Shown one piece after another: positions 16,329-25,808 of a stretch of DNA of 28,423 bases (the stretch's first letter is position 1; every line of letters starts with the position of its first letter). The notes below the pieces were generated by a model, which was given only the letters and a program-made list of their open reading frames with translations, searched no databases and was not told where the DNA came from. The position numbers and the translations under genes were made by a program. The stretch is taken from IMG/VR virus record IMGVR_UViG_3300030372_001082, positions 1 through 28,423 of that record; one strand, written 5' to 3'. This DNA comes from a virus. Lineage: Duplodnaviria; Caudoviricetes.

Positions 16329-17327
16329 TTAGCGTTTTACTGTTCTATTTTTGATAGCTGCACAGACTTTTGCAGCAGTTTCTTTGTTGCCATATTCTTT
16401 TATTTGGTCTCTCATACATTCGTCCCAAGAATACTTTAACATAGCTTTACGCTTTGCATAAGCAACATATTCTAACATTTTGTATTTTCTCTTTCTTTTC
16501 TTTTTGCCTGACTTTGTGTATAATTCTTCTTTCATTGTAGCAGAACTATGGTCAGCACAAGGCATATATAATTTTGTGCCATCTACTGTATGAGGGTGTG
16601 AACCTGTGCAACCTTTAAACATTTCAGCATATATTTCAGCTTCTTCTTTAGTTCTAAATAATGGTTCACCATCTAAAGCACCTACAGGTTGTAATTCGTT
16701 TTGTAAGATAACATCTTTTATTTTACCCATTAATACTTCATCAGGACATTCTTCGCAAACCTCATCTAATATATCTACTTCTTTTGACGCTTCTATTAGC
16801 TTGTCTGTGAAATATCCTTCAATACTAAATCCTCTAACTTCTTTATTCTTAATAGCCTCCCATATTTCAGGATTGTTTTCAGCACTTACTTGTACAAACC
16901 ACGTTCCAATAGGTAAATTCTTAAAACCATACATATTAGATTTATCGTGCTTTTTATCTTCTTTAATCCAAGACTCTACAACAGTCAAACCTTGTATTGG
17001 CTCTTTATGTTCAAACGTGTGATTATTGTTGTTTAAATTAGACATAAACAGCTTCTGTGCTTGTTTAATAGTTTCTTTAGTAAAGAATACATCATATTCT
17101 TCATTTGTTTCTTTGTCTAATCTTGGTATCTTTTTATCAGGAATAAGTATTGCACCAATTAATTGTTTCTTTTCTTCATCTACTTTTGCAAGAGATAAAA
17201 AGTCATTATTAAAGAATACAAAATTTTCTTCAATTGCAGGAAATTTAACTACGCTGATTGCATCAACTCCAAAGTGGTCTGCAGTTTCATCTATAATTAA
17301 TTCTATAAGTTTTTTCTTTTTTGCCAT
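16329..17327 (-). CDS. Prohead serine protease (XkdF-like)
   Basis: AISVV..PAIE..F, LIPDK.I.R, H..EH, ESWI, GTWF, GFSIEG. Confidence 0.8.
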   Translation of the reverse strand: MAKKKKLIELIIDETADHFGVDAISVVKFPAIEENFVFFNNDFLSLAKVDEEKKQLIGAILIPDKKIPRLDKETNEEYDVFFTKETIKQAQKLFMSNLNNNNHTFEHKEPIQGLTVVESWIKEDKKHDKSNMYGFKNLPIGTWFVQVSAENNPEIWEAIKNKEVRGFSIEGYFTDKLIEASKEVDILDEVCEECPDEVLMGKIKDVILQNELQPVGALDGEPLFRTKEEAEIYAEMFKGCTGSHPHTVDGTKLYMPCADHSSATMKEELYTKSGKKKRKRKYKMLEYVAYAKRKAMLKYSWDECMRDQIKEYGNKETAAKVCAAIKNRTVKR

Positions 17328-17334
17328 AACACTA

Positions 17335-17361
17335 ATAAATATAAAAGTTTGATTTTTGTTT
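17335..17361 (-). promoter_or_regulatory. Putative late promoter AAACAA-N10-TTTATATTTAT
   Basis: 7 nt upstream of the protease ATG. Confidence 0.7.
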
Positions 17362-18880
17362 ACAATGTTGCTTGTATTTCTAATTCATCTTGCAATGCTT
17401 GTGCAGAACTAATAGCATTTTCAACTACAAATGCTTGTACAGGCGGTGTTTCAGGAGTATCAAAACCTTGTATAGATTCCATATTAGGTATTGTACCGCC
17501 AATTCCACCAACTCCACTAGGTACTGATGGTTCACCACCAGTTGGTGCAGGATCATCAGAAACACCTGGTAATTTAGTTGATATTATTTTATGCACATTT
17601 GCTAAACCTGCTAAAACCGCACCTGCGGCAACAGGAATACCCCAAACAGGACCTGCCCCTACAGGCGGTGGTGAAAGTGCTGCAGTAGCTGCAGAATAAG
17701 TATTAATTAATGCTTGTCCTATTGCTAATGCTTTTCCTGCGGCAGTTTGTCTACCTACCAAATCTGCTACCTGACCAAGAGAATTAGCAATAATTTGTCT
17801 TTTATTTTCAGCAGTAAGTTCAGTAATTGCAACTTCTACTTCTCCTGTTTCTCTTGAAACTTCTGCAGTTTCTTCTATACTATCATTATATTCATTTTGT
17901 AATGCAGTAAGATTTTGTAATTGTTCTGATCTTTGACTAACAATTCTTTCTTGAATTTCTACTAATGCTGTTTCGGCATCTTGTAATGCTACTTTTAAAT
18001 CTACGTTTTTTTGGTTTTGGTCTGATTCTAATTGTGCTAATGCTATACGCTTTTGTGCTAATTCTTCTTCTTTAATACTTTGTTCAGTTAAAATTTCTCC
18101 AAGTCTGTTATTAGCGGCTATCCTTTCTTCTAAAGTTAAATTAACATTATCTCTTACTTGTCTTTGTATTTCTGCTTCTTTTTGCGAGGTTACAATTAAC
18201 CTTCTTTGCTCTGCTTCTGCTAATTTTACTTCATTTCTTAACCTTGTAATTGCAGCACCATAATCTCCTGCAGCTTTTATATTTTTAATTAATTGATCAG
18301 TTTGTTCTTGTAAATTTTTAGAAAAATTAGATTGTTCAACCGCAGTCATTCCCGTAGCCATTTGAACAAAACCCGTTTTGGCATCAGATAAACCCTGCTT
18401 TAAACCAGCCAAATCTCTACTAAATGCAGACCTTATGACATTTCCTAATGCACCAAAAGTGTCTATAAGTCCATTTATTCTATCTGCTATATTTTGCTTA
18501 ATAGTATTCCATAAATTAATTACTGCTTGTTGTGGGTCTTGAAATGCTTTTATAATTGTTGATCCCAAATCTATAGCACTATCAATAAGTTTTTGAAATA
18601 TAAAATTTACCGCTTCTGTAGCAGTTGTAACTGTGTCCATCACAACTTGGTTTCTACCTAATATCTCTTTTAACTGAACAAATGCAGCAACAATAAGTCC
18701 TATTCCTATAGCTTTTAAAGATGTTCCTACTGCGGTTACAGAAGTATTTAATGTTCCAAATGATGCACTTGCTGCATCTGCTGCCTGGTCTGTTGCTTGT
18801 ACTTCATTTTTTAACTCATCTACACTACTAATAGCTTCGCCGACATCTGCTTTAATTTTAATTGTTTTTTCTGTAGCCAT
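17360..18880 (-). CDS. Tail tape measure protein (short, 506 aa)
   Basis: Ala/Gln-rich helical protein; LKAIGIGLIVAA hydrophobic patch; long coiled-coil; KALAIGQALINTY. Confidence 0.75.
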   Translation of the reverse strand: MATEKTIKIKADVGEAISSVDELKNEVQATDQAADAASASFGTLNTSVTAVGTSLKAIGIGLIVAAFVQLKEILGRNQVVMDTVTTATEAVNFIFQKLIDSAIDLGSTIIKAFQDPQQAVINLWNTIKQNIADRINGLIDTFGALGNVIRSAFSRDLAGLKQGLSDAKTGFVQMATGMTAVEQSNFSKNLQEQTDQLIKNIKAAGDYGAAITRLRNEVKLAEAEQRRLIVTSQKEAEIQRQVRDNVNLTLEERIAANNRLGEILTEQSIKEEELAQKRIALAQLESDQNQKNVDLKVALQDAETALVEIQERIVSQRSEQLQNLTALQNEYNDSIEETAEVSRETGEVEVAITELTAENKRQIIANSLGQVADLVGRQTAAGKALAIGQALINTYSAATAALSPPPVGAGPVWGIPVAAGAVLAGLANVHKIISTKLPGVSDDPAPTGGEPSVPSGVGGIGGTIPNMESIQGFDTPETPPVQAFVVENAISSAQALQDELEIQATL

Positions 18881-18885
18881 ATTTA

Positions 18886-19059
18886 TTATCTAAAAAGTAT
18901 TCTTATTATTTGTTTGAACATTCTTCTAAAACTTGTATGATATTCTTCAATACCATAAGCAAAGTCTAATTCTTTGTTTTTATACTCTACTAATTGTAAG
19001 TGGTCAATAGAAGGTATTACAACCTTCGCCACGCTTTCTATGTATTTTTTTAATTCCAT
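18886..19059 (-). CDS. Hypothetical protein (57 aa)
   Basis: MELKKYIESVAKVVIPSIDHLQLVEYKNKELDFAYGIEEYHTSFRRMFKQIIRILFR; fills the gap. Confidence 0.65.
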   Translation of the reverse strand: MELKKYIESVAKVVIPSIDHLQLVEYKNKELDFAYGIEEYHTSFRRMFKQIIRILFR

Positions 19060-22000
19060 ATTAAATAGTCTCCATTTTGTAATTGTATTATTCTACCATT
19101 TTGATACAACGCCCAATTCTCATCAAATGCAAATCGCATATTATTTACTACATTAACATCAAAGTCTACAGTCAATGACCATATTCTTTTAGTATCTGTT
19201 TGACTATCATCTAAGCCAAATCTTAATATCTCATTATTAACATCAATATGCAATGTACAGGTTGTAGGATTTGCACCTTCCCTAATACTAAAATCTTCAC
19301 GCCCACCTGCAACGCCTAATTGCGTAGCAGTTCCATCTACAACTTTAAATGCAGTATAGTATGCAAATGCTTCTGTAGTTCCTAGTGTGTATGTAGCACT
19401 TGTGCCACCAACTACAGTAGCTATTCCTTTTAGCCTTATAACGATATTAACATCACTAGGCAGTCTTAATGGTTGTCCATATTGGTCACCTTGTGCGAAC
19501 GCATAGCTTCGTGTATTTCCTGTTGTGCTACCTGTTAGAATTAACCTATGTGATTCACCAAGTAGTTGCGGTGTGTCTAAGGGTTTGGTTTTATATTTTA
19601 TTACAATATCATCACCATAAGTAGGCATTAGCAACTTACTATATTTGTTAGTGTCTGCACCTCTAACTAAAGGCATATTACGACCACCTAAAATACCACT
19701 AATTAATGATTTAGTTTGACCTGATGATAGTATTGTACTAGCAGTATAAATACTTTTTAGTAACAATGGTAAACTTCCTGCATTAGCTTCGCAAGGATAT
19801 TTATTACTAGAAGCAAAAGCAGCATATTCATATTTTACTTGACCGCCATTACAAATGCAACATTCAGGTTCAGCAAAAGCACCTTCATTATTAGCTATTA
19901 ATAAAGGGTCACAATCAGGGTCATCTTCTGGACACCATAAATAATACTGATTTGATAATAGATTACTGCCAGAACCATCTGTACCAATAACATAATTACA
20001 ACCTGTGCAATTCTCTCTAGTATCTAAAGATTTAATCAGCGTTACTTTTGTAGAAGCATTAGCACCAACTTGATAATTCTTAATATCTAAAATTCGCCAA
20101 TAAGTATCTTTAATAAAAATTTCATCAGCAAAACTAAAATTAAATATATCTACTTCATCTAAATTTAGATAACATTCCATTATTCTTGCATTACTGCTAT
20201 ATATATTATCTAAATAAGGTTTCCAATAATAACCATATAGTGTATTGTTAAACCAATTACCTAAATCATTAGTATAATTAAAGATAGTTAAATTTCCAAC
20301 TAAAGGCGGTGTAGCGTTCCAATATAAAGACTTATTAGCACTTGTTAATGTATATGATCCATTTGCAGTAGGTGTTATGTCAAAAGGTGTGCAAACAGGA
20401 TATTGCGTAAAGCTATATGCAGTAACATTTGGTGCTGCATTATGCAGATAATATGTAACTGTATTACCTGTTGTGTCTATAACATTAGTAGGCGAACCAT
20501 TATAATAAAACAATTTAGGTTTAGTAACTTTTTTTAAATTTTCAAATACACCATCTTTTTCTTCATAGCTGAACTCGTATTGTACTGCCATATTGGATAA
20601 AAACGTACCATTTTGCTCGTTATCATCTTGATAAACTTGGCTATTAATAAATGGTGAAAATATACTTTCATTTTTAAATTCACCTGTAGCAAAATCATTA
20701 CCAATATCATCTATTTTAAGATGACCAAATACATTAACTTCTGGATATCTTTCTTTTATAGATTTGTTATATAAATCAACATCTTCTTGGTCTGAAAGTT
20801 TTACAATCTTTTTTTGTAATGATGTTGTATCTTTAACTACTATTTCTTTTGATAAATCTAATTTATCTGTCCAATACTTTATGCCACCGCTTCCTATAAA
20901 ATCATTATAAGGTTCTATTATTAAATTTCCTTCATCATTTGAATCAGAAGATATTATTAAATTAAACCTTTGTATTATGTCTTTTAAAAAGTCTTTTTGT
21001 TTTATTGAAGAATCAATACAAGCAGGTACATCTATTTCGCTACCATAAGTTGTAGGTGAAAAATTTATTATAATGTTATTATATATATCGCCACACCCAA
21101 CATTATATAAAGTAACACCACCAGTAGAATAAGATGCTAAATTTCCTAAATCCATTTTAGCAGTACCACCTGATTTTAGAAAATTAAATGCTTTCATTGT
21201 TATACAAGCTGTACTACCTAATGGCATATTCTCTAAACTTAAAAAGTGTGTAGGCATATCAAATTGATTGCCACCTGTTGTTCCTATTAAGTTCATAACA
21301 TAATAAATGGTCTCGTATGCGTTACCATATTCAGGTGTATTAGTAGATGTATTAAATGGCATTAATTGAACTTTTAAAAAAATGTTTCCAGACTGACCCG
21401 CACCCACAACATTGTCAGCATCAATAATATGCTTAACGCTTATTTCTTCCATACTAGTTGAAGATTTTGTAAAATAGTTATAAGTGCTATTCCAAGTATT
21501 ATCAGGATCATAAGGTTCACTACAATTAGTTAAAGCAGTAGTTTGGTTAGCAGGTACTATTATAGTTCCTGTATCTAAAGGTCCTGTGTCATCACTACTA
21601 AAAGTATGCCAAGAACTTGTGTTTGCTACATTCATAGTTCCTGAAAATGATGCGACATTATCACTGACAGGTGCTACAGAACCCTCTAAATGGTTACAAG
21701 TTGTCATAAATAGCTTTCCAAAATACTGACTATTTAAAAAAGTAGAAGTATATGTAAAACCTGCCTTTGCAATTAATGTATCAAAAAGTGTTTTTATTTG
21801 TATTGATGGTCTAAATTGACTTATAGGCACAGAGTATTCCCAAGATGCTTTAGTTCCTATAGCATTTATTTCAGTCTGGTCTAATCTTAAATATCTTTTA
21901 ACCGCATTTCCATCTTCATCAACTTCATTTGGGTTATAGTAAAATTTATCTTCTGTAACAGAAATAGGATATACTATTTTAGATACACCTGCAGTAGCAT

Positions 22001-22526
22001 CATATAAAGAAACACCTGCGGTATTTTGTAAACTATTAGACCAAGAAGCAGCTAAATTTGTTTCATTAAAAACGTGATTATATTGGTTGTCATACTCACC
22101 ACTATCTTTTTTAAAAATGTCTTTCAGCATTTTATCACCAATTATACTAAACAGAGTAGAAGTAGAGGACATTAACACCACTTCATATATTTGTGCTTTT
22201 TGATATACTGCCTTTAATTGTAATGATCCTTCAAATTGTGGTACAGTACCTACATAAATTATAGCATCAAATTTTGTGGTGGTGTTAAAAACTAAAGTGT
22301 CTAAATTTACTTCATACCAATTTTGAAAGAAAGAATTATTATTGTCAGTAAATGGCAACTTAAATGTTTGACTGTAGCTACCTTTTCTTGTTTCAGGTTC
22401 TTTAATATCAGAGAATTGAAAATTTAAAGAAACATTAGGTGCTTCTTGCAAGTCTAATTCAAATTGCGTTTCTGTAGCTGAACTACTTGTAGCTTTTCTA
22501 TATGCAACTAATCTTATATTTGACAT
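19050..22526 (-). CDS. Large tail tip / hub protein
   Basis: 1158 aa; LDL...V.LNFQFSDI...RKGSYSQTFKLP.T.NN and DFLKDII.RFNL...IEPY tail motifs. Confidence 0.7.
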   Translation of the reverse strand: MSNIRLVAYRKATSSSATETQFELDLQEAPNVSLNFQFSDIKEPETRKGSYSQTFKLPFTDNNNSFFQNWYEVNLDTLVFNTTTKFDAIIYVGTVPQFEGSLQLKAVYQKAQIYEVVLMSSTSTLFSIIGDKMLKDIFKKDSGEYDNQYNHVFNETNLAASWSNSLQNTAGVSLYDATAGVSKIVYPISVTEDKFYYNPNEVDEDGNAVKRYLRLDQTEINAIGTKASWEYSVPISQFRPSIQIKTLFDTLIAKAGFTYTSTFLNSQYFGKLFMTTCNHLEGSVAPVSDNVASFSGTMNVANTSSWHTFSSDDTGPLDTGTIIVPANQTTALTNCSEPYDPDNTWNSTYNYFTKSSTSMEEISVKHIIDADNVVGAGQSGNIFLKVQLMPFNTSTNTPEYGNAYETIYYVMNLIGTTGGNQFDMPTHFLSLENMPLGSTACITMKAFNFLKSGGTAKMDLGNLASYSTGGVTLYNVGCGDIYNNIIINFSPTTYGSEIDVPACIDSSIKQKDFLKDIIQRFNLIISSDSNDEGNLIIEPYNDFIGSGGIKYWTDKLDLSKEIVVKDTTSLQKKIVKLSDQEDVDLYNKSIKERYPEVNVFGHLKIDDIGNDFATGEFKNESIFSPFINSQVYQDDNEQNGTFLSNMAVQYEFSYEEKDGVFENLKKVTKPKLFYYNGSPTNVIDTTGNTVTYYLHNAAPNVTAYSFTQYPVCTPFDITPTANGSYTLTSANKSLYWNATPPLVGNLTIFNYTNDLGNWFNNTLYGYYWKPYLDNIYSSNARIMECYLNLDEVDIFNFSFADEIFIKDTYWRILDIKNYQVGANASTKVTLIKSLDTRENCTGCNYVIGTDGSGSNLLSNQYYLWCPEDDPDCDPLLIANNEGAFAEPECCICNGGQVKYEYAAFASSNKYPCEANAGSLPLLLKSIYTASTILSSGQTKSLISGILGGRNMPLVRGADTNKYSKLLMPTYGDDIVIKYKTKPLDTPQLLGESHRLILTGSTTGNTRSYAFAQGDQYGQPLRLPSDVNIVIRLKGIATVVGGTSATYTLGTTEAFAYYTAFKVVDGTATQLGVAGGREDFSIREGANPTTCTLHIDVNNEILRFGLDDSQTDTKRIWSLTVDFDVNVVNNMRFAFDENWALYQNGRIIQLQNGDYLIWN

Positions 22527-23989
22527 TATGAATTGGTATTAAGTGGATTAGCATATTCTATGTTAAATGTATATTTTATTTTTATACCATCATTAGCAGT
22601 TGTTTTTCTAACAAAACTTTTATCTGTAATTAATACAGGTTCAGTAAAATCTGTGTCTGCATTTTCTATTATTTCAACATTCGTAGATTTAATTAATCCT
22701 TCTAATAAGTTTGCATCTTGTTCGCTAATCCATTCAGTATTAATTGTTTCTTTAAGTATTGCAGTAGTACTTCTAACTTTTTTACCACGTTGTGTATTGT
22801 CATAAGAATACATATCACTATTAAAATTACCTATCATAGATTCATAAGTATTTTTATCTACTTCTACTGTTTGTGATGACTTCATCTTAAAATTAAAATA
22901 GTCATAAGCACCTAAGCTATTACGCCATGCTAATCTTCGCATTTTATATCCTTTACAACTAGCAGACTGCTTAAAAAAATAATAAGAATCAGATACTATG
23001 ACATTTGATCCTGTTGTATTGTCTGCTGCAAATATAACATAGTATACATATGAAGAAAACAAGGAAGGTCTTGCACTTGTGTTGATACTTTGTGCCTGTA
23101 AATTAGCAGGACCACAACCAAAATAAATTAATCTTTCTGCATCAGTATTTACCTCTGTTGTTCCTGTTAATGGAATTGCACCGCCATTAGCATTAGTATT
23201 GTCAAACAAAAATGTTCCTAATAAACTATTTGTGTTGTCATAGTATTTAAGACCTATTCTTGCTGCTTTGCTTGAAAAATCTACTTGACCATTTACAAAT
23301 GCAATAGTGTGATAGTCAGAAGATTGAACATAATTAATTTTTATTTGTGCTGATCCTAAACCTGTAACAAGTGATGTTCTTGTAAAATCAACATTACTAT
23401 CTTCTACATCACTTAAAAACTTACTAGTGCTTGAATTTATAGAATAACTTGCAAATGCAGTAGATGTTTGAAAATCAGCAGTACCTCTTGGAGTTTGTAG
23501 TGGTAATGATGCAGCTATATATCTTTTGGTGTCATTAACAGTAGTTGTAGTAATTTCTGTAGGTATTTCTGTAGCTGAATTGCTAAATTGCTGATATGCT
23601 TTTACATATATAGTTTTTAATTGATTATAATTTTGGCTAAATAGTTTAGCTGCAACATTTGCACCAAGTGTATGTATTGATTTAGTAGTATCGTTTTGAT
23701 CTTGTCTTGTATCTTCTAATTGAGAATTAACAATAGACCTAACATCAAATATACCAATTACATTTGTTGTTCCTGTAGCGTGTCCGTTTGGTCGTTGTTT
23801 TATCTTGCCTAATAATGTGCCAGAAGCATCATCTATTCTAATTTCTAAAATAAATTTAAAATAAAATAAATCAGTTATATTAGTCTGTTGTGTTGTGTAT
23901 GGTATAATTGGTGTCCAATTAGTAATAACAGGTACTGTAGCAGTATCTGATATTGGTTCTTGTTCAAATGATATTATTCCTAATGCCAT
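22526..23989 (-). CDS. Tail protein (distal-tail-like)
   Basis: 487 aa; L.WRNSLGAYDYF.F ... NTEWISE ... L..S..V C-terminal motifs; position in the tail cluster. Confidence 0.6.
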   Translation of the reverse strand: MALGIISFEQEPISDTATVPVITNWTPIIPYTTQQTNITDLFYFKFILEIRIDDASGTLLGKIKQRPNGHATGTTNVIGIFDVRSIVNSQLEDTRQDQNDTTKSIHTLGANVAAKLFSQNYNQLKTIYVKAYQQFSNSATEIPTEITTTTVNDTKRYIAASLPLQTPRGTADFQTSTAFASYSINSSTSKFLSDVEDSNVDFTRTSLVTGLGSAQIKINYVQSSDYHTIAFVNGQVDFSSKAARIGLKYYDNTNSLLGTFLFDNTNANGGAIPLTGTTEVNTDAERLIYFGCGPANLQAQSINTSARPSLFSSYVYYVIFAADNTTGSNVIVSDSYYFFKQSASCKGYKMRRLAWRNSLGAYDYFNFKMKSSQTVEVDKNTYESMIGNFNSDMYSYDNTQRGKKVRSTTAILKETINTEWISEQDANLLEGLIKSTNVEIIENADTDFTEPVLITDKSFVRKTTANDGIKIKYTFNIEYANPLNTNS

Positions 23990-23996
23990 AATTTAT

Positions 23997-24548
23997 TTAT
24001 GTTAATGATTGTTTTAAATTTAATTCTATATCATCTGCTAAAGCTTCTACAATAGCATCTGCTTGTCTTGTAAATTGTTGTGTAAATGGTTTGCTAAAAA
24101 ATTGTGTTCTTTCTAATCCCCTTTGTGCTATTGCTCTACCTATTAAAAAAGCTGCACTCTTTATATTGTTTTTAGTTTTAGCCATAAACTTGCCATCAGT
24201 ACCTCTTAACCTTAATGGCTTGTTTGCTATCCATTTTTCTACTACACCTTTTGCTATGTTTTTTTTTCTAAACCTAAATGGACTTCCTTGTCCTCGCATT
24301 CTGCCTGAACCTTTAAATCCACCTGATCCTTTTACACCTTCATCTACGAACTGCCAATAATCTTCTGCTCTACCAAATTCAAATTCTAAAGTAACAGTAT
24401 TTTGTTTAGCGGTAACTAAATAATCTAACCCTCTATATAAAGCATTAGATTTAGTTTGTTTTTTCTTTTTTTTAAGTATTGACCTACTTTCCTTGACAAC
24501 ATTATTGCCAAGAAATTGCATTGCTTGTATGGTTTTATCAAATTGCAT
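23997..24548 (-). CDS. Putative tail completion / neck protein (HK97 gp10-like)
   Basis: Basic protein; YWQFVDEGVKG, AFLIGRAIAQRG...FF..PF. Confidence 0.55.
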   Translation of the reverse strand: MQFDKTIQAMQFLGNNVVKESRSILKKKKKQTKSNALYRGLDYLVTAKQNTVTLEFEFGRAEDYWQFVDEGVKGSGGFKGSGRMRGQGSPFRFRKKNIAKGVVEKWIANKPLRLRGTDGKFMAKTKNNIKSAAFLIGRAIAQRGLERTQFFSKPFTQQFTRQADAIVEALADDIELNLKQSLT

Positions 24549-25039
24549 TAACTATTAGGTGTTATTGGTACAATACAAAGATTGTTCTTATTATTAACTT
24601 GCATACTTATTGTAGAGGACCAACCTGTTAAAAGATTGTCAAAACGTGCAGTAAATGGTTCTGCATTAATTGGTAAGTTTAAAAGCACTTCACCATCTAC
24701 CCAAGATGTAGAATACAAACTATGCTGAAATTCATTTATAACATCTTGCATAATTTGTAGATTCTCGCTTAATGTATCTAACCTACCTAATCTTTCTTTA
24801 TTTGGTTCATCGCCTAATTCTTCATTTATCATATCTAATACATAAATTGTGAAGTTATATGTCAATACACCTTTGTCAATTACTGCGGTTCCTGGTTCTG
24901 CATAAAGTATAACATAATCTCTAGCACCTAATTTATTAATATCTACTTCATCTAAAAAGCCACTATGAAAAGAATTAATCATATAATGCTTTTCTGCTAT
25001 TGTTTCTAAATATCCTACTACGTTTCTAAAAGTTATCAT
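24548..25039 (-). CDS. Putative tail terminator protein
   Basis: Acidic 163 aa; EPF..RFDN.L.GW; position. Confidence 0.5.
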   Translation of the reverse strand: MITFRNVVGYLETIAEKHYMINSFHSGFLDEVDINKLGARDYVILYAEPGTAVIDKGVLTYNFTIYVLDMINEELGDEPNKERLGRLDTLSENLQIMQDVINEFQHSLYSTSWVDGEVLLNLPINAEPFTARFDNLLTGWSSTISMQVNNKNNLCIVPITPNS

Positions 25040-25277
25040 AGTTGCTACGTTGTTTATTATTATAATCTTGAGAAAATGACAAATACGTTAGCACCTCTAA
25101 GATTGGTATTCTTGTTATCTTTTCTATGTTTAATATATTGTTATTAGCTAAGGAATATAATACATTGTACCAACCCCATTTAGACTGCATTGTTACCCCC
25201 TTTGCAGTTTCTTCTCCTGTGCTACTAAATAATTGTGCGAAATCCTCGCCAAGTCGCTTCCTAAAGTCAAAAAAAAA
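25026..25277 (-). CDS. Tail assembly chaperone -1 frameshift extension (gpGT-like)
   Basis: -1 frame open from the T9 run (25269-25277) to TAG at 25026: FFDFRKRLGEDFAQLF...KWGWYNVLYSLA...ILEVLTYLSF... Confidence 0.7.
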   Translation of the reverse strand, partial: FFFDFRKRLGEDFAQLFSSTGEETAKGVTMQSKWGWYNVLYSLANNNILNIEKITRIPILEVLTYLSFSQDYNNKQRSNYDNF

Positions 25278-25774
25278 CCTAGCGAACTTAACGCTATATC
25301 CATTGGACAGTCTTTAAATAGTTCTTCTTTAAACTGTTCAGGATTGTAAGCTTCTATGGCATATCTTTCATTCCTTTTAAATGTAATTTTTCTGTATAGT
25401 ATTGACATTATAATATGTAAATTTTCTACAGGTTCTTTACAATAGCTTTCTAAATCAATATATTCACCTGTCGTAATGTTACTTAAATTAGGACAGAATC
25501 CATATTCTTCATCGTTAAATGTAAACACCTTTCTAAACTTTTCTTTTTTAGGTTCTGTATCAATCATTTTTTTGATAATAGCCATTATCTCTAATAAATC
25601 TTTATAAGGCATTTTCTTTACTATAAACGGTGTAGTGTTGCATAATAAAGACAAACTTTTTATTATCTTGTTTTTCTCACTTCCTTTTCCTTCTTGTATC
25701 TTAACATATTTTTGATAGGTTCCTATTGTTATATCAGACCAATTATCAGGTATTATTAATTTAACTTCCTTCAT
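25193..25774 (-). CDS. Tail assembly chaperone (gpG-like; start revised to ATG 25774)
   Basis: IP..WSDITIG.YQ, YGF.PNL..IT.GEYIDLE; slippery GGT TTT TTT TTG near the end; promoter motif just upstream of 25774. Confidence 0.7.
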   Translation of the reverse strand: MKEVKLIIPDNWSDITIGTYQKYVKIQEGKGSEKNKIIKSLSLLCNTTPFIVKKMPYKDLLEIMAIIKKMIDTEPKKEKFRKVFTFNDEEYGFCPNLSNITTGEYIDLESYCKEPVENLHIIMSILYRKITFKRNERYAIEAYNPEQFKEELFKDCPMDIALSSLGFFLTLGSDLARISHNYLVAQEKKLQRG

Positions 25775-25779
25775 TACTA

Positions 25780-25806
25780 ATAAATATAAATTATGATTAT
25801 TTGTTT
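25780..25806 (-). promoter_or_regulatory. Putative late promoter AAACAA-N10-TTTATATTTAT
   Basis: Between the terL stop and the chaperone ATG (5 nt upstream of it). Confidence 0.7.
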
Positions 25807-25808
25807 TT

